From Leptospira sp. (GTDB taxonomy: Bacteria > Spirochaetota > Leptospiria > Leptospirales > Leptospiraceae), in the NCBI GenBank assembly GCA_034439575.1, contig JAWXAQ010000016.1, forward strand, positions 192,001 to 256,000: DNA of 64,000 nt, in the 5' to 3' direction. Made by a program: the position numbers and the translations under genes. The notes beneath the pieces were generated by a model that was given only the letters and a program-made list of their open reading frames with translations, was not told where the DNA came from and ran no database searches. This document shows, piece by piece, positions 8,516-18,900 of the stretch. Every line of letters begins with the position of its first letter. The stretch's first letter is position 1.

Positions 8516-10677
8516 ATCATAAAAATTTTTACCCTTTTATTCTCACGGTTCTTATTCCTGCAAGCGTGCTCACATTATTTTCGTTACTTGGGCTATCTAC
8601 TTTATTAAACCGAAAACTTTCTGATGGTCTTTTCGCTATTTTACCATCCCATCATTCCATGTCCAAAGACATTGTGATTATAGATATCGATGAACAGAGT
8701 ATTGCTCGGCATGCCGATGACCCAGAACTAGGCCTTTGGCCTTGGAAACGGACCATCTATCCCACCTTAGTTGGGTATACTCATATGTTGACTCCACCTA
8801 AGGTCACATTGATTGATATCATGTTCACAGAACGATCAGATTTTGATTTTGCACTTGTAGATGCGAACCAAACAATTGGCGGAATCTCTCATGCTACAAA
8901 CTTTCGTATAGATCCAGGCGCATCCATAAATCCAAAATGGGATGAATACACCAAAAGATTCCAATTAGATTTACCAGATACCTCACCTTTTCCTATTTAT
9001 GAGAGTGCGGCATTTCCAAATGGAGAGATAGGTAAAACGGCTCCCTTTATCCATGTTGTGAATGTGATTCCAGATAGTGATGGAGTACTAAGGCGATTTT
9101 CTCCTGTTATGCGTTGGCATGACAGGCATTATCCGACTCTACCTATCCAAGCATTTGCACAAGGACAATCCATCTCCTTCAAACTAAATCAAAAGATTTT
9201 AGAAGTGACAAGAGGAGATATCAAACGAGAACTTCCTCTAGGCAAAAAAGGACTTGTGCGTGCATATTTTTATCCTGAAGAAGAAATCCGAAATATCCCG
9301 CGATATTCTGCGGCAGGGATCATCGAATCTCTAAATAAACTGACAACAGGTGAAATAGACGATCCAAATAAATTAACCGTACCACCCTCAGTTTTTGAAA
9401 ATAAAATTGTCATTCTTGGTACATCTGCCGCCGCCACGCATGACGATGTGGTCATACCAGCTGGTCTTTTTCCTGGAGTCATTGCACAAGCTGTCTTTGC
9501 ATCCAATATCATAGAAGGACATATGTTGACCGAGCTCCCTTCAAATTGGGGAATAGGATTTGCAGTTTTCATTTTGTTACTTAGTTTGTATGTTTTGTTC
9601 ATTAGCCAACAGCATTGGTTGCGAAATATATTTCCTATTTTTGCCGTTTCAATTTTTTTCGGACTTTTTTATTCGCTTTATCGTATCGATATGATTCTAC
9701 CTCCCGCTTATTTTATGGTATCGTTTCCAATATCGTATTTGATTGGATTTGCTTATTTAACTTATACAGAAGGAAAGGATAAAAGAAAGTTCAATAGTAT
9801 ATTACGAAATCTTGTTGATCCAGGCGTCGTATCACAAGCATTACATGACATGGAATCACTCAAACGTGGTGGAGAATGGGAAATTACAGCTTTTTTCTCA
9901 GACGTAGCAGGATTTTCTAGTATCAGTGAAGAATTATCTGCAAGTGATTTAGCACGTTTGTTAAATGAATACCTTTCTGCGATGACAAACATTTTAAAAA
10001 CAAATTCGGGTACTTTGGATAAATATATCGGTGATGCCATAGTTGGTATTTTCGGTGCACCGATTCAATATGCGGATCACCCTCGCCTAGCTTGTAAAAC
10101 ATCATTGGAAATGGTAAGTCAGTTAGAAGTGTTACGAAAGAGTTGGACAGAAAAAAAGGATTACACTGAATCTGCTCGCAAAATGAAATTTCGTATCGGA
10201 CTCAATTGTGGACCAGCTAAAGTTGGTTTTATGGGAACAGATAGTTTAGCTTCATACACAATGATGGGCGATACTGTCAATTTAGCATCAAGATTAGAGG
10301 CCGCTGCCAAAGACTATGGAGTGGATGTTTTAGTTTCGGAAACTATCGAAGCTGCCTGCCGGGAAGAGTTCCATTTTAGATTTCTGGATCGAATCCGAGT
10401 GAAGGGAAAAGATGCACCCGTAAAAATTTATGGACTGATTTGTGACAAATCAGATACGACAGATGCCCTTCGAAAAGGTGAAGAAATTTACCGGAATGCA
10501 TTCCAAAACTATACAGAAAAAAAATGGGAAACTGCCATCCAAGGATTTCAATCTTCAATGGAATATTTTGGTCCGAAAGACGTTTCTGCCAATGTACTCA
10601 TTGAACGTTGCCATGTTTTATTCAAAGAACCACCACCTGAAATTTGGGACGGTGTCTTTACGAGAACTACAAAGTAA
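8512..10677 (+). CDS. CHASE2-domain class III adenylate cyclase
   Basis: CHASE2 (IDIDEQS, WPWKR, PDSDGVLR); 3 TM helices; cyclase motifs FFSDVAGF, DKYIGDA, YTMMGDTVNLASRLE; C-terminal TPR-like helices. ATGA overlap with the M48 gene. Confidence 0.9.
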   Translation: MNHKNFYPFILTVLIPASVLTLFSLLGLSTLLNRKLSDGLFAILPSHHSMSKDIVIIDIDEQSIARHADDPELGLWPWKRTIYPTLVGYTHMLTPPKVTLIDIMFTERSDFDFALVDANQTIGGISHATNFRIDPGASINPKWDEYTKRFQLDLPDTSPFPIYESAAFPNGEIGKTAPFIHVVNVIPDSDGVLRRFSPVMRWHDRHYPTLPIQAFAQGQSISFKLNQKILEVTRGDIKRELPLGKKGLVRAYFYPEEEIRNIPRYSAAGIIESLNKLTTGEIDDPNKLTVPPSVFENKIVILGTSAAATHDDVVIPAGLFPGVIAQAVFASNIIEGHMLTELPSNWGIGFAVFILLLSLYVLFISQQHWLRNIFPIFAVSIFFGLFYSLYRIDMILPPAYFMVSFPISYLIGFAYLTYTEGKDKRKFNSILRNLVDPGVVSQALHDMESLKRGGEWEITAFFSDVAGFSSISEELSASDLARLLNEYLSAMTNILKTNSGTLDKYIGDAIVGIFGAPIQYADHPRLACKTSLEMVSQLEVLRKSWTEKKDYTESARKMKFRIGLNCGPAKVGFMGTDSLASYTMMGDTVNLASRLEAAAKDYGVDVLVSETIEAACREEFHFRFLDRIRVKGKDAPVKIYGLICDKSDTTDALRKGEEIYRNAFQNYTEKKWETAIQGFQSSMEYFGPKDVSANVLIERCHVLFKEPPPEIWDGVFTRTTK

Positions 10678-10726
10678 TTTCTGATTTTCATAGACAGGAA
10701 ATTCACCAAAAGATAATTCTCATTGT

Positions 10727-11584
10727 ATGTTTGGCTTTTTAGAAAATTTAGAACGACTTTGGGCAAAATTCCTTTTTTTCCTACCTGGGCATCAAATTCC
10801 TGAAGATTGTAATGGCAAAGATATCCTGATCGTTCCCGGTCACGAAGCCGGCAAAGCCTTCTACAGCCGATTGAAATCAAATTTGGACAACCTTGGGTTT
10901 CATGTTGGGATTTTATCTACACTCCGAGATCCAAAATCATTGGAAGAATCGGTAATGTATCTCGCCAAACAAATATTAACAGCCCCAAATGAAGTTACAC
11001 TCATTGCACATAACACAGGTGGTCTTGTTGTTCTTATTTTACCAGATGAAGCACGTCGAAAAGTAAAACGACTCATCACACTTGGAACACCTTACCATGG
11101 ATCTGATAAGTTCAATAATACAAGATTTTCTTTTTGGGGATTTAGATCTGATTGGGTGACAAAGAATTATAAAAATGCACTTTTTTTTCCTCTTTTCCAA
11201 CCACTCTCTGCAATAGAAGATTTTAGTTTTCCACCACAAGAAAGTACAGAATTTGGCCAAGGCAGAGATCTTTGGTTTGATATACCAGGAAACTATAACC
11301 TAGTTAGGCGAGAAGAAAATTTACGCACCTTACGCGAGTTTTTGGGAACACCAAAAGATCCTATTTTAAAAACGTATGCTAAGGCATCAGCGGAACATGC
11401 AGTTCCAAAAAAAGTGGAAGTCGTTGATTTTTCAAAGTATGAGCCTGCCAATTATAAAAAGAACAAAAAAGAATTGATCAAAGCAAGTCCCAAGGCCAAG
11501 TCTTCTAAGAAACTTGCGAAAAAAGCAAAATCAAAACCGCAGGCAAAGAAAAAATCCTTACCTGCGAAAAAGAAAAAGCGCTAA
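10727..11584 (+). CDS. Alpha/beta-hydrolase-fold protein (lipase-like, nucleophile Ser absent) with Lys-rich tail
   Basis: LIVPG, LIAHNTGG and LITLGTPYHGS match lipase/PGAP1-like folds; C-terminal ~45 aa K/A/S/P-rich. Confidence 0.7.
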   Translation: MFGFLENLERLWAKFLFFLPGHQIPEDCNGKDILIVPGHEAGKAFYSRLKSNLDNLGFHVGILSTLRDPKSLEESVMYLAKQILTAPNEVTLIAHNTGGLVVLILPDEARRKVKRLITLGTPYHGSDKFNNTRFSFWGFRSDWVTKNYKNALFFPLFQPLSAIEDFSFPPQESTEFGQGRDLWFDIPGNYNLVRREENLRTLREFLGTPKDPILKTYAKASAEHAVPKKVEVVDFSKYEPANYKKNKKELIKASPKAKSSKKLAKKAKSKPQAKKKSLPAKKKKR

Positions 11585-12031
11585 TTATACTTTTGCCATT
11601 TCCTTAGCACAAGCTAAACAGCTTTCCATACAATCTTTACATTCTTGGTGATGTTCTGCATGTTTTTTGCAATCTTTCGCACAGGATTTGCAAATCTCTT
11701 CGCAAAGAGCTGCTATTTTCTTTGTGTAAGTTGACCCTTGGCTCGCGAGCGAGATAAATGCGTCACAAGCAGCTATAACTTCCTTTGTAGAGGAAGCACA
11801 AGCACCGAGTGATTTATCTCCATTAGTCAATTCTGTAATACAGTGACTTAAACAGATTTCTGCCGCCAACTTACAATGTATTGCCGACATCAAAGCTTTG
11901 CTATACTTTGATGAAGTATTTGTTTTTGTCATGCCAGGTTCATGTTTGTGGTCATCTGCTAAGAGATTAGAAATAACTCCAGCAGTTGCAAGTACTGCTG
12001 CGGATTGTGTAACAAATTGTTTACGGTTCAT
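11585..12031 (-). CDS. Four-helix-bundle copper storage protein (Csp1-like, Tat-type signal)
   Basis: MNRKQF Tat-like signal; 13 Cys in CxxxC/CxxC helical repeats; His/Met-rich N-terminus (HKHEPGM). Confidence 0.85.
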   Translation of the reverse strand: MNRKQFVTQSAAVLATAGVISNLLADDHKHEPGMTKTNTSSKYSKALMSAIHCKLAAEICLSHCITELTNGDKSLGACASSTKEVIAACDAFISLASQGSTYTKKIAALCEEICKSCAKDCKKHAEHHQECKDCMESCLACAKEMAKV

Positions 12032-12097
12032 AAAATAACTCCATTGATTTATAATTGATTAAAAAAATTTTAGAAAATTTAAGATTAAATCTGAAAA

Positions 12098-12514
12098 TCA
12101 GATAAGAAGTCTGACTGATTGTAAAAAATAAAGATGCTCATTTTTCCGATGCTTGTCTTTCCTTACCAAAAAATAAGGTTCACCGTTTTGAAACATTGTA
12201 TCGAATGTTTCAAAAACATAAACATATGTTAGGTTAAGCGTGCGATTGAATTCTGATTTTTTTTCAGCCGAAGGTATAAAATCTTGGTAAGCTAGAGGGC
12301 ATTTGCAATCTGTAGCCCCTGTTTGTTCTTTATCTGAGAGAGCCTTCGCATGGCAAGGTGGCAGCTTTTTGGTATCAGCATTAGAGATATGATTAAAAGA
12401 TAAATTGGGACAAAGATCATATAGTGAGGATTTACAGCTAACAAAGAGTAAAAACCCTAAAAGAAGATGTATGACGATCACTTTGTTCTTCATAAACCTA
12501 TTCTTTAGACGCAT
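12098..12514 (-). CDS. Exported Cys/His-containing hypothetical protein upstream of csp (start uncertain)
   Basis: Hydrophobic N-terminus with FVSC; PPCH and CKCP motifs; ends in VRLLI. Confidence 0.55.
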   Translation of the reverse strand: MRLKNRFMKNKVIVIHLLLGFLLFVSCKSSLYDLCPNLSFNHISNADTKKLPPCHAKALSDKEQTGATDCKCPLAYQDFIPSAEKKSEFNRTLNLTYVYVFETFDTMFQNGEPYFLVRKDKHRKNEHLYFLQSVRLLI

Positions 12515-12532
12515 TTAAATGTCCCCTGTCTC

Positions 12533-13759
12533 TTAAAATATATCACTTAATCCTTTCCAGGCAACGATAAATGTGCCAATGGTCGAACCAAATTGTGGTA
12601 AAAAGAAAATTAGAAAAATTCTAATCACACGATTTTTCCAAAATCCTTTAAAACTTTCAGAATCTTCTGCTATTTTTTCAAAGTCTTCTACAACGGGTTT
12701 ACGTAGATACGACTCTGAAAGTGCGGCCACCCAACCTGCTTTAAATATAGGTACAAATGTCCCTATCGGAGCCGTTAAAAAGGCAAGCAAAATGGATAAA
12801 GGGTGACCGAGTGCGATGATGGCACCTAGTGCGGCAAGCCCTCCTTTGATGATGACTAACTTTGATAACAAACTCGCACCAGCTTCGGCACCTTGAGAAT
12901 AAGTGGTGTATGCAATCAATGCACCAAAAAACACGGGATAGGCGGCAAGCTTAAGTATATCCTGCCATTTCCTTTCGGGAACCAATTCTAAAGGCGCCAA
13001 ATCATGATTATGTTGGATGTGATTTATGATTCCTTGCAAGTGTCCTGCGCCAACAATGGCTACAACTTTTTTAACACCCTTCTCTGTCGCAGAACGCCTA
13101 ATTTTTTCCGCAAGATAAACATCACGTTCATCTATGATCACATTTTTAATTGATTCGTATCTTCCCGGGAGCTGGGAAAATAAATCTTTGAGGATATCAT
13201 CACTTTTCATTTCCTCAATCTTTTCCACACTCACATCTTCTCTAACGAAAAGTGATGTGATAAGTGCAGACATTAAATACATCTTTGATAGAAACCCAAC
13301 ATTGCCCCATGCCCTGCGAAGTGTCGTTTGTATCTCCCGATCCACTGGTGCCACTTTTAACTTCTGTTTGCGTGCCAGTTCTATCCCTTTACGCATCTCA
13401 TCACCAGGTTTCACTTGGTTGTGTCCCATTTTTTTCTGGAAAGAAGAAAGGATCAGGCTCGAGAGCAAAAGCCACATTTTACGTTCTCTAAACACTTTAA
13501 AAATATCTAATTTTTTTAAATAGTCAGGATCTTCAACAGACTTCATTCTTGATTCGCATAACTCAACACATATGGTGTCTGGCTTTACAAATCCGATGAG
13601 ACTTTCGACAGCTTCGACACTCAATTGGGAGATATGTGCAGTCCCAAGAATATGTACTTCTGTTTTATCTATGTATTCTAAATGATAAGGTTCGTCTGTT
13701 TGAAAGGGCTTTTTTCTTGTCGATTTTGGTGTAATTTTTGATTTTTTGATTGAAGGCAT
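12533..13759 (-). CDS. TraB/PrgY (GumN/TIKI superfamily) protein with C-terminal TM helices
   Basis: LGTAHIS, VELCESR, PVDREI, ERDVYLA and VGAGHLQGI motifs. Start moved to ATG 13759 to avoid overlap with cheD. Confidence 0.85.
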   Translation of the reverse strand: MPSIKKSKITPKSTRKKPFQTDEPYHLEYIDKTEVHILGTAHISQLSVEAVESLIGFVKPDTICVELCESRMKSVEDPDYLKKLDIFKVFRERKMWLLLSSLILSSFQKKMGHNQVKPGDEMRKGIELARKQKLKVAPVDREIQTTLRRAWGNVGFLSKMYLMSALITSLFVREDVSVEKIEEMKSDDILKDLFSQLPGRYESIKNVIIDERDVYLAEKIRRSATEKGVKKVVAIVGAGHLQGIINHIQHNHDLAPLELVPERKWQDILKLAAYPVFFGALIAYTTYSQGAEAGASLLSKLVIIKGGLAALGAIIALGHPLSILLAFLTAPIGTFVPIFKAGWVAALSESYLRKPVVEDFEKIAEDSESFKGFWKNRVIRIFLIFFLPQFGSTIGTFIVAWKGLSDIF

Positions 13760-13819
13760 TTTAAAGGATATTATTCTAAAAACGTAAGTAATGGTTCCAT
13801 TCTCTAAAAATACAGTAGA

Positions 13820-14323
13820 ATGTCGATAAAATCTAAAATCATAAATGTAGGAATCGCTGATATCAAAGTCGGCCAAGGGGATGTGGTACTTCGTACCACT
13901 CTCGGTTCCTGTGTGGGCATTGTACTCTATGATCCAGACTTAAAGATTGGAGGCATTTCTCACATTATGCTCGCAAAGGACCCTACGGGAAAGGACAGCA
14001 TCAAGTCTCCGCATAAGTATGGTGAAACTGCACTTCCAGAACTTATCAAAATGATGAAGGATGCAGGTTCCCCCATTGGTAAATTTTCCTGTAGAATGTT
14101 TGGAGGCGCATCCATGTTCAAAGGCATCAACTCCAACTTTTTGCAAAATATTGGTGAACAGAATATTCAAATCGTTAAAAGATTTATGGAAGAACATAAA
14201 ATACCCGTTTTGGTCGAAGATATCTCGGGAAATGAAGGAAGAACGATTAGTCTTTATTGCGATGATGGTCGCGTTTTATTGAAAAAAGCGGGTATGGAAA
14301 AATACCTCTATAAGGTGCGTTAA
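13820..14323 (+). CDS. cheD: Chemoreceptor glutamine deamidase CheD
   Basis: [13 protein letters not shown]...[21 protein letters not shown] and [10 protein letters not shown] motifs. Confidence 0.92.
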   Translation: MSIKSKIINVGIADIKVGQGDVVLRTTLGSCVGIVLYDPDLKIGGISHIMLAKDPTGKDSIKSPHKYGETALPELIKMMKDAGSPIGKFSCRMFGGASMFKGINSNFLQNIGEQNIQIVKRFMEEHKIPVLVEDISGNEGRTISLYCDDGRVLLKKAGMEKYLYKVR

Positions 14324-14329
14324 GGGATC

Positions 14330-15184
14330 ATGGAAAAGGAAAAAGTTGATCAAGTTCTAAAAGATGTAAATAAACTTCCATCCATATCATCTGTTGTTAC
14401 CAAGGTTCTTGAAAAACTCCAAAAACCTGATGTAAATATTACCGAACTCGCAGCCGAAATTTCTAAAGATCCTGCCATCACAGCTTCAGTGATCAAACTT
14501 TCCAACTCAGCCTATTACCGTGCCTCAAAACCAATCCGCACAGTACAAGAAGCACTTATGACTCTTGGAACAAAAACTGTAAAAGAAATTGTTCTTGTAA
14601 CAGCCGCTAAAGGGATTCTATCACAAGATTTAAACAACTACCAATTGGAAGCCGCCCAATTATGGACTTCCTCCCTGCTCGTCGCAGAAATGTCTAGTCG
14701 TATCGTTATACATAAAAAATTGAATATAGATAAAGACTTAGCCTTTACTTCCGGCCTTTTGTGCAATGTGGGTAAAATTGTATTAGCCCAATTTTTCCAG
14801 CCTGTTATGTTTCAACTAAAGGCAGAATTAAAAGATTTTAAAGATCCGTTCCCCCTGCTTGAAAAAAAATACTTCGGTTATACCCATATGGAGATTTCCG
14901 AAATTCTTTTAACAAGATGGAACTTTCCAAAAGAATTAGTGGATGTAGTCGCTCATTATTTAAATCCAGATGAATCTACAGTAAATTCCCTACTAACAAG
15001 CGTTGTACATATTGCAAGTATTCTCATCGTGGTTTCGGGAATTGGTATAGATATCGGTGGAGAGTCTGTTCCTATTTCTCCATTTGCACTTACACAAACA
15101 GGCATTACAGAAGCCGACATTCAAAATTATTTTTTACATATTCCTGATTTACAAGCAGGACTTGCCGATCTTTTGAATATATAA
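14330..15184 (+). CDS. HDOD domain protein (HD motif degenerate)
   Basis: LPSIS, ISKDPAITASVIKLSNSAYY, LLCNVGK (HD replaced by CN) and RWNFP. Confidence 0.85.
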   Translation: MEKEKVDQVLKDVNKLPSISSVVTKVLEKLQKPDVNITELAAEISKDPAITASVIKLSNSAYYRASKPIRTVQEALMTLGTKTVKEIVLVTAAKGILSQDLNNYQLEAAQLWTSSLLVAEMSSRIVIHKKLNIDKDLAFTSGLLCNVGKIVLAQFFQPVMFQLKAELKDFKDPFPLLEKKYFGYTHMEISEILLTRWNFPKELVDVVAHYLNPDESTVNSLLTSVVHIASILIVVSGIGIDIGGESVPISPFALTQTGITEADIQNYFLHIPDLQAGLADLLNI

Positions 15185-15186
15185 GT

Positions 15187-15720
15187 ATGAATTTCATTCT
15201 TATCGGTCCAAGAGGTGCAGGAAAATCAAAAGTTTCTAGATCTCTTTCCAAATTGACTAATTACCCCGTGGTATCTACAGATTCTATTATCGTTTACGAA
15301 GCCGGAGGAATGCCTATTCCTAAATATGTAGACTCTTTTGGTTGGAAAAAGTTTAGAGAATTAGAATATGCAATTTTAAAAAAATTAGAAAATTCTAATG
15401 GAATCATTCTAGATTGTGGTGGCGGGGTCATTTTTGATTTGGATGAAAATGAAAATGAAATCTTGAGCCAAAGGAAATTGGATATCTTAAGAAAAATGGG
15501 AAGTATCGTACTTCTAGAAAGAGACTTCAAAGAACTTGTAGAGAAAGTTGCAGGCGATTCCACAAGACCCGACTTGGCTAAGAACAAAATGTATGAAGAT
15601 ATACTCAAACGAAGGTTACCTTATTATCAGCAGTCTGCAAATATAAAAATCAACGCATCCAATCTCAAAAAAGAAGAAATCGCACAACAGATTTTACAAA
15701 AGTTTGGTTGGAAATCATAA
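15187..15720 (+). CDS. aroK: Shikimate kinase
   Basis: Walker A GPRGAGKS; GWKKFRELE, CGGG, RP and RLPYY motifs. Confidence 0.85.
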   Translation: MNFILIGPRGAGKSKVSRSLSKLTNYPVVSTDSIIVYEAGGMPIPKYVDSFGWKKFRELEYAILKKLENSNGIILDCGGGVIFDLDENENEILSQRKLDILRKMGSIVLLERDFKELVEKVAGDSTRPDLAKNKMYEDILKRRLPYYQQSANIKINASNLKKEEIAQQILQKFGWKS

Positions 15721-15734
15721 TAATTTACACTTTT

Positions 15735-15751
15735 TGTATAGATTCTATACA
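15735..15751. promoter_or_regulatory. Perfect palindrome TGTATAGA-T-TCTATACA, candidate enhancer-binding-protein site upstream of gltB
   Basis: 8-1-8 inverted repeat (TGT-N11-ACA) about 130 bp upstream of a -24/-12 motif. Confidence 0.45.
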
Positions 15752-15876
15752 CTCCTATATTTCGCCACTTTCCTCATCTTCTTGTTTACTTCTTATGAAA
15801 TTAATGTGATTTCTTCGATTTTTGATTTGCAAATATTCTAAGCACAAAGCGCCCAATGCAATCATTTTGATCAACA

Positions 15877-15893
15877 TTGGTACATTTTCTGCA
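15877..15893 (+). promoter_or_regulatory. Sigma54 (-24/-12) promoter of gltBD
   Basis: TTGGTACATTTTCTGCA, i.e. GG-N10-GC, resembling the consensus TGGCAC-N5-TTGC. Confidence 0.6.
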
Positions 15894-15999
15894 TTTTTGG
15901 TCTGCCTAAAATCCCCACAAAATGCTGATTTTAAAAGGATTCGACACGAGATGCTTTTTTAGAAACAAGGTACATTACTTGCTTCAGGATAGGATACTC

Positions 16000-18900
16000 A
16001 TGCATACAGAAAGACATCCACTCTATTTACCCCCACTCGGACCCCAAGCGCAAGGTATGTACGACCCGGCGGATGATAAAGATTCCTGCGGCGTTGGCTT
16101 TATCGCAAATTATAAGGGCAAACGCTCGAGAGACATTATTGATAAAGGGATCAAACTCATGTGCAATTTAGAGCACAGAGGGGCAGAAGGTGCCGATCCA
16201 AAAACTGGAGACGGTGCAGGGATTATGATCAATATTCCTGATGCTTTCTTTCGTAAAGTTTTACCTTTCACACTTCCGAAAGAAGGTGATTATGCCGTCG
16301 GAGTATTATTTTTACCGCAAAACAAAGATACACGAGAAGCAATAGAAAACGTGATCGAAAAGATCATTGTAGACGAAGGCGAAGCGTTTCTTGGATTTAG
16401 AGACGTACCAATTAACAAAGAGTATGCGGGTGTTGTAGCTTCAAAAACCATGCCGGTTTTCAAGCAGGTATTTATTGGAAAAAAATCCAAAAAAATCAAA
16501 ACCTCAGACGAATTTGAGAGAAAATTATTTTTAATTCGAAGGCTCATCGACAGACGAATCCGAAGTGAGTACAAACTAGATCGTTCCCAGTATTATGTAC
16601 CAAGTTTTTCTTCTAGGACAATTGTTTACAAAGGTATGTTACTTGGTGATCAAGTCAAAAAGTTTTATGAAGACTTAAAATCCCCTGACTTAACATCTGC
16701 TTTTTGCCTAACACACACTAGGTTTTCTACAAATACCTTTCCTACTTGGGACCTAGCCCACCCTTATAGACAAATTGCACATAATGGTGAAATCAATACA
16801 CTTCGTGGTAACATGAATTGGATGGCCGCAAGACAAATGGTCATGGAATCTCCGTTATACGGCGATGAACTAAAAAGAATGTTGCCTATCGTTATGGAAG
16901 GACAATCTGACACAGCAACTTTTGACACAGTACTCGAACTACTAGTAATGGGTGGAAGAAGTTTAGCTCATGCAGTAATGATGATGATCCCAGAAGCATG
17001 GTCAAAAAATAAAACCATGGATCCAGATAGACGAGCATTTTACGAATATCATGCGACAATTATGGAACCTTGGGATGGACCTGCGGCTATAGCTTTTACA
17101 GACGGTCGAATTATTGGTGCCACACTGGACCGAAATGGACTTCGCCCTGCTAGATTTATCATTACAAAAGATGATGAAGTCATTTTATCTTCTGAAGCTG
17201 GGGTATTAAATCTTCCACCAGAACAAATATTAAAACAAGATCGTCTGCGCCCTGGTAGAATGTTACTTATCGATATGGAAAAGGGCCAAATTTTGGATGA
17301 TGAAGAGATTAAAAAACAAATCTCCACTCAAAAACCATATCGCAAATGGGTGGAAGAAAAAATGATCCGTATCGGATCTCTACCTGATCCTGATTTCGTA
17401 AAACAACCGCAACACGAAACGATTCTCGAAAGACAAAGAGCATTCGGTTATACTCATGAGGATGTTTTTACGATCGTAAAACCTATGGGTGTGAATGGAG
17501 AAGAGCCAATTGGCTCTATGGGAGTAGACTCCGCATTGGCTGTGTTAAGTGAAAAACCACAACCTTTATTTCGTTATTTCAAACAGAATTTTGCGCAAGT
17601 GACAAACCCTCCTATCGATCCGATTCGTGAGGAACTTGTGATGGAACTGACCACTTATATTGGTCCTGAAGGAAACCTTCTCGACGAACAAGCAGAGCAC
17701 GCCCATCGACTCGAATTAGAACATCCGATTCTCACAAACGAAGAATTTGAAAAAATCAAACAAATCAGCGAAGGTCATTTTAAGTCAAAAACCTTTGAAA
17801 TCTTGTTTAATCCTCTGAAAAAACATGATATGCGAAACTCATTGGATCGAGTTTGTAAGGAAGCAGCTAAGGCAATCCGTGATGATGGGGTGAGTTTCAT
17901 TATCCTAACAGACCACGGAGTGAGTGCTGAACGTGCAGCCATTCCCTCATTACTCGCAGTCTCTGGGCTTCATCATTTCCTAATCCGTGAAGGATTGAGA
18001 ACGAGAGCAGGCATAGTACTTGAGTCAGGCGAACCAAGAGAAGTGGCCCACTTCGCTCTGTTATGTGGATATGGTGCGAATGCCATTAACCCATATTTGG
18101 CATTTGAAACCCTAGCTGATCTCACTCAACAGGGTCTTATTCCCGAAGTTAAAGAATACAAACAAGCAAAGAAAAACTATATCAAATCTATTGGCAAAGG
18201 TTTGTTTAAAGTATTCTCTAAAATGGGAATATCCACATTACAGTCGTACTGTGGGGCGCAAATTTTTGAAGCAGTTGGATTGGATTCTGAGCTTGTAAAC
18301 CACTACTTTGCTGGCACTCAATCAAAAATCGAAGGTTTGTCATTAGAGATGTTGGAAGAAGAAACAGTTCGAAGACATAAAAATGCCTACGATCCAACAT
18401 TCTTCCCGAATAACTTAGAACCAGGCGGGGTTCATTATTTTAGAAAAAATGGTGACACTCACCTTTATACACCAACGACCGTTCACAAATTGCAACGTGC
18501 TACTCAAACTGGTGATTACAAAATTTTTAAAGAATTTACATCACTCATTGATGACCAACATGAAAAAGCGATTACACTTAGAAGTTTATTCAATTTAGAT
18601 TTTGATGGATCAAAAGAAATCCCTTTGGATGAAGTTGAATCTGTAAAATCCATTTTAAAAAGATTTCAAACTGGTGCAATGAGTCATGGCTCTATTTCAT
18701 GGGAAGCGCATACGACTCTGGCAATTGCAATGAATCGTATGGGAGCAAAATCAAATACTGGTGAAGGTGGCGAAGATCCGATCAGGTTCAAAACTTTGCC
18801 TAACGGGGATTCGATGCGCTCAGCGATCAAACAAGTCGCCTCTGCTCGGTTTGGTGTGACTATGGAATACCTCACAAACGCAGACGATTTGCAAATCAAA

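Noticed and set aside
12533-13759. TraB name or parAB as evidence of a conjugative plasmid
   Set aside because: TraB/PrgY is a TIKI-family protein unrelated to conjugation machinery, and the surrounding genes are housekeeping.
13760-13876. Extended N-termini in the ORF track (TraB; also gltB, 30692, 50207, 50385, 60795)
   Set aside because: They overlap neighbouring genes or promoters; downstream starts fit family lengths better.
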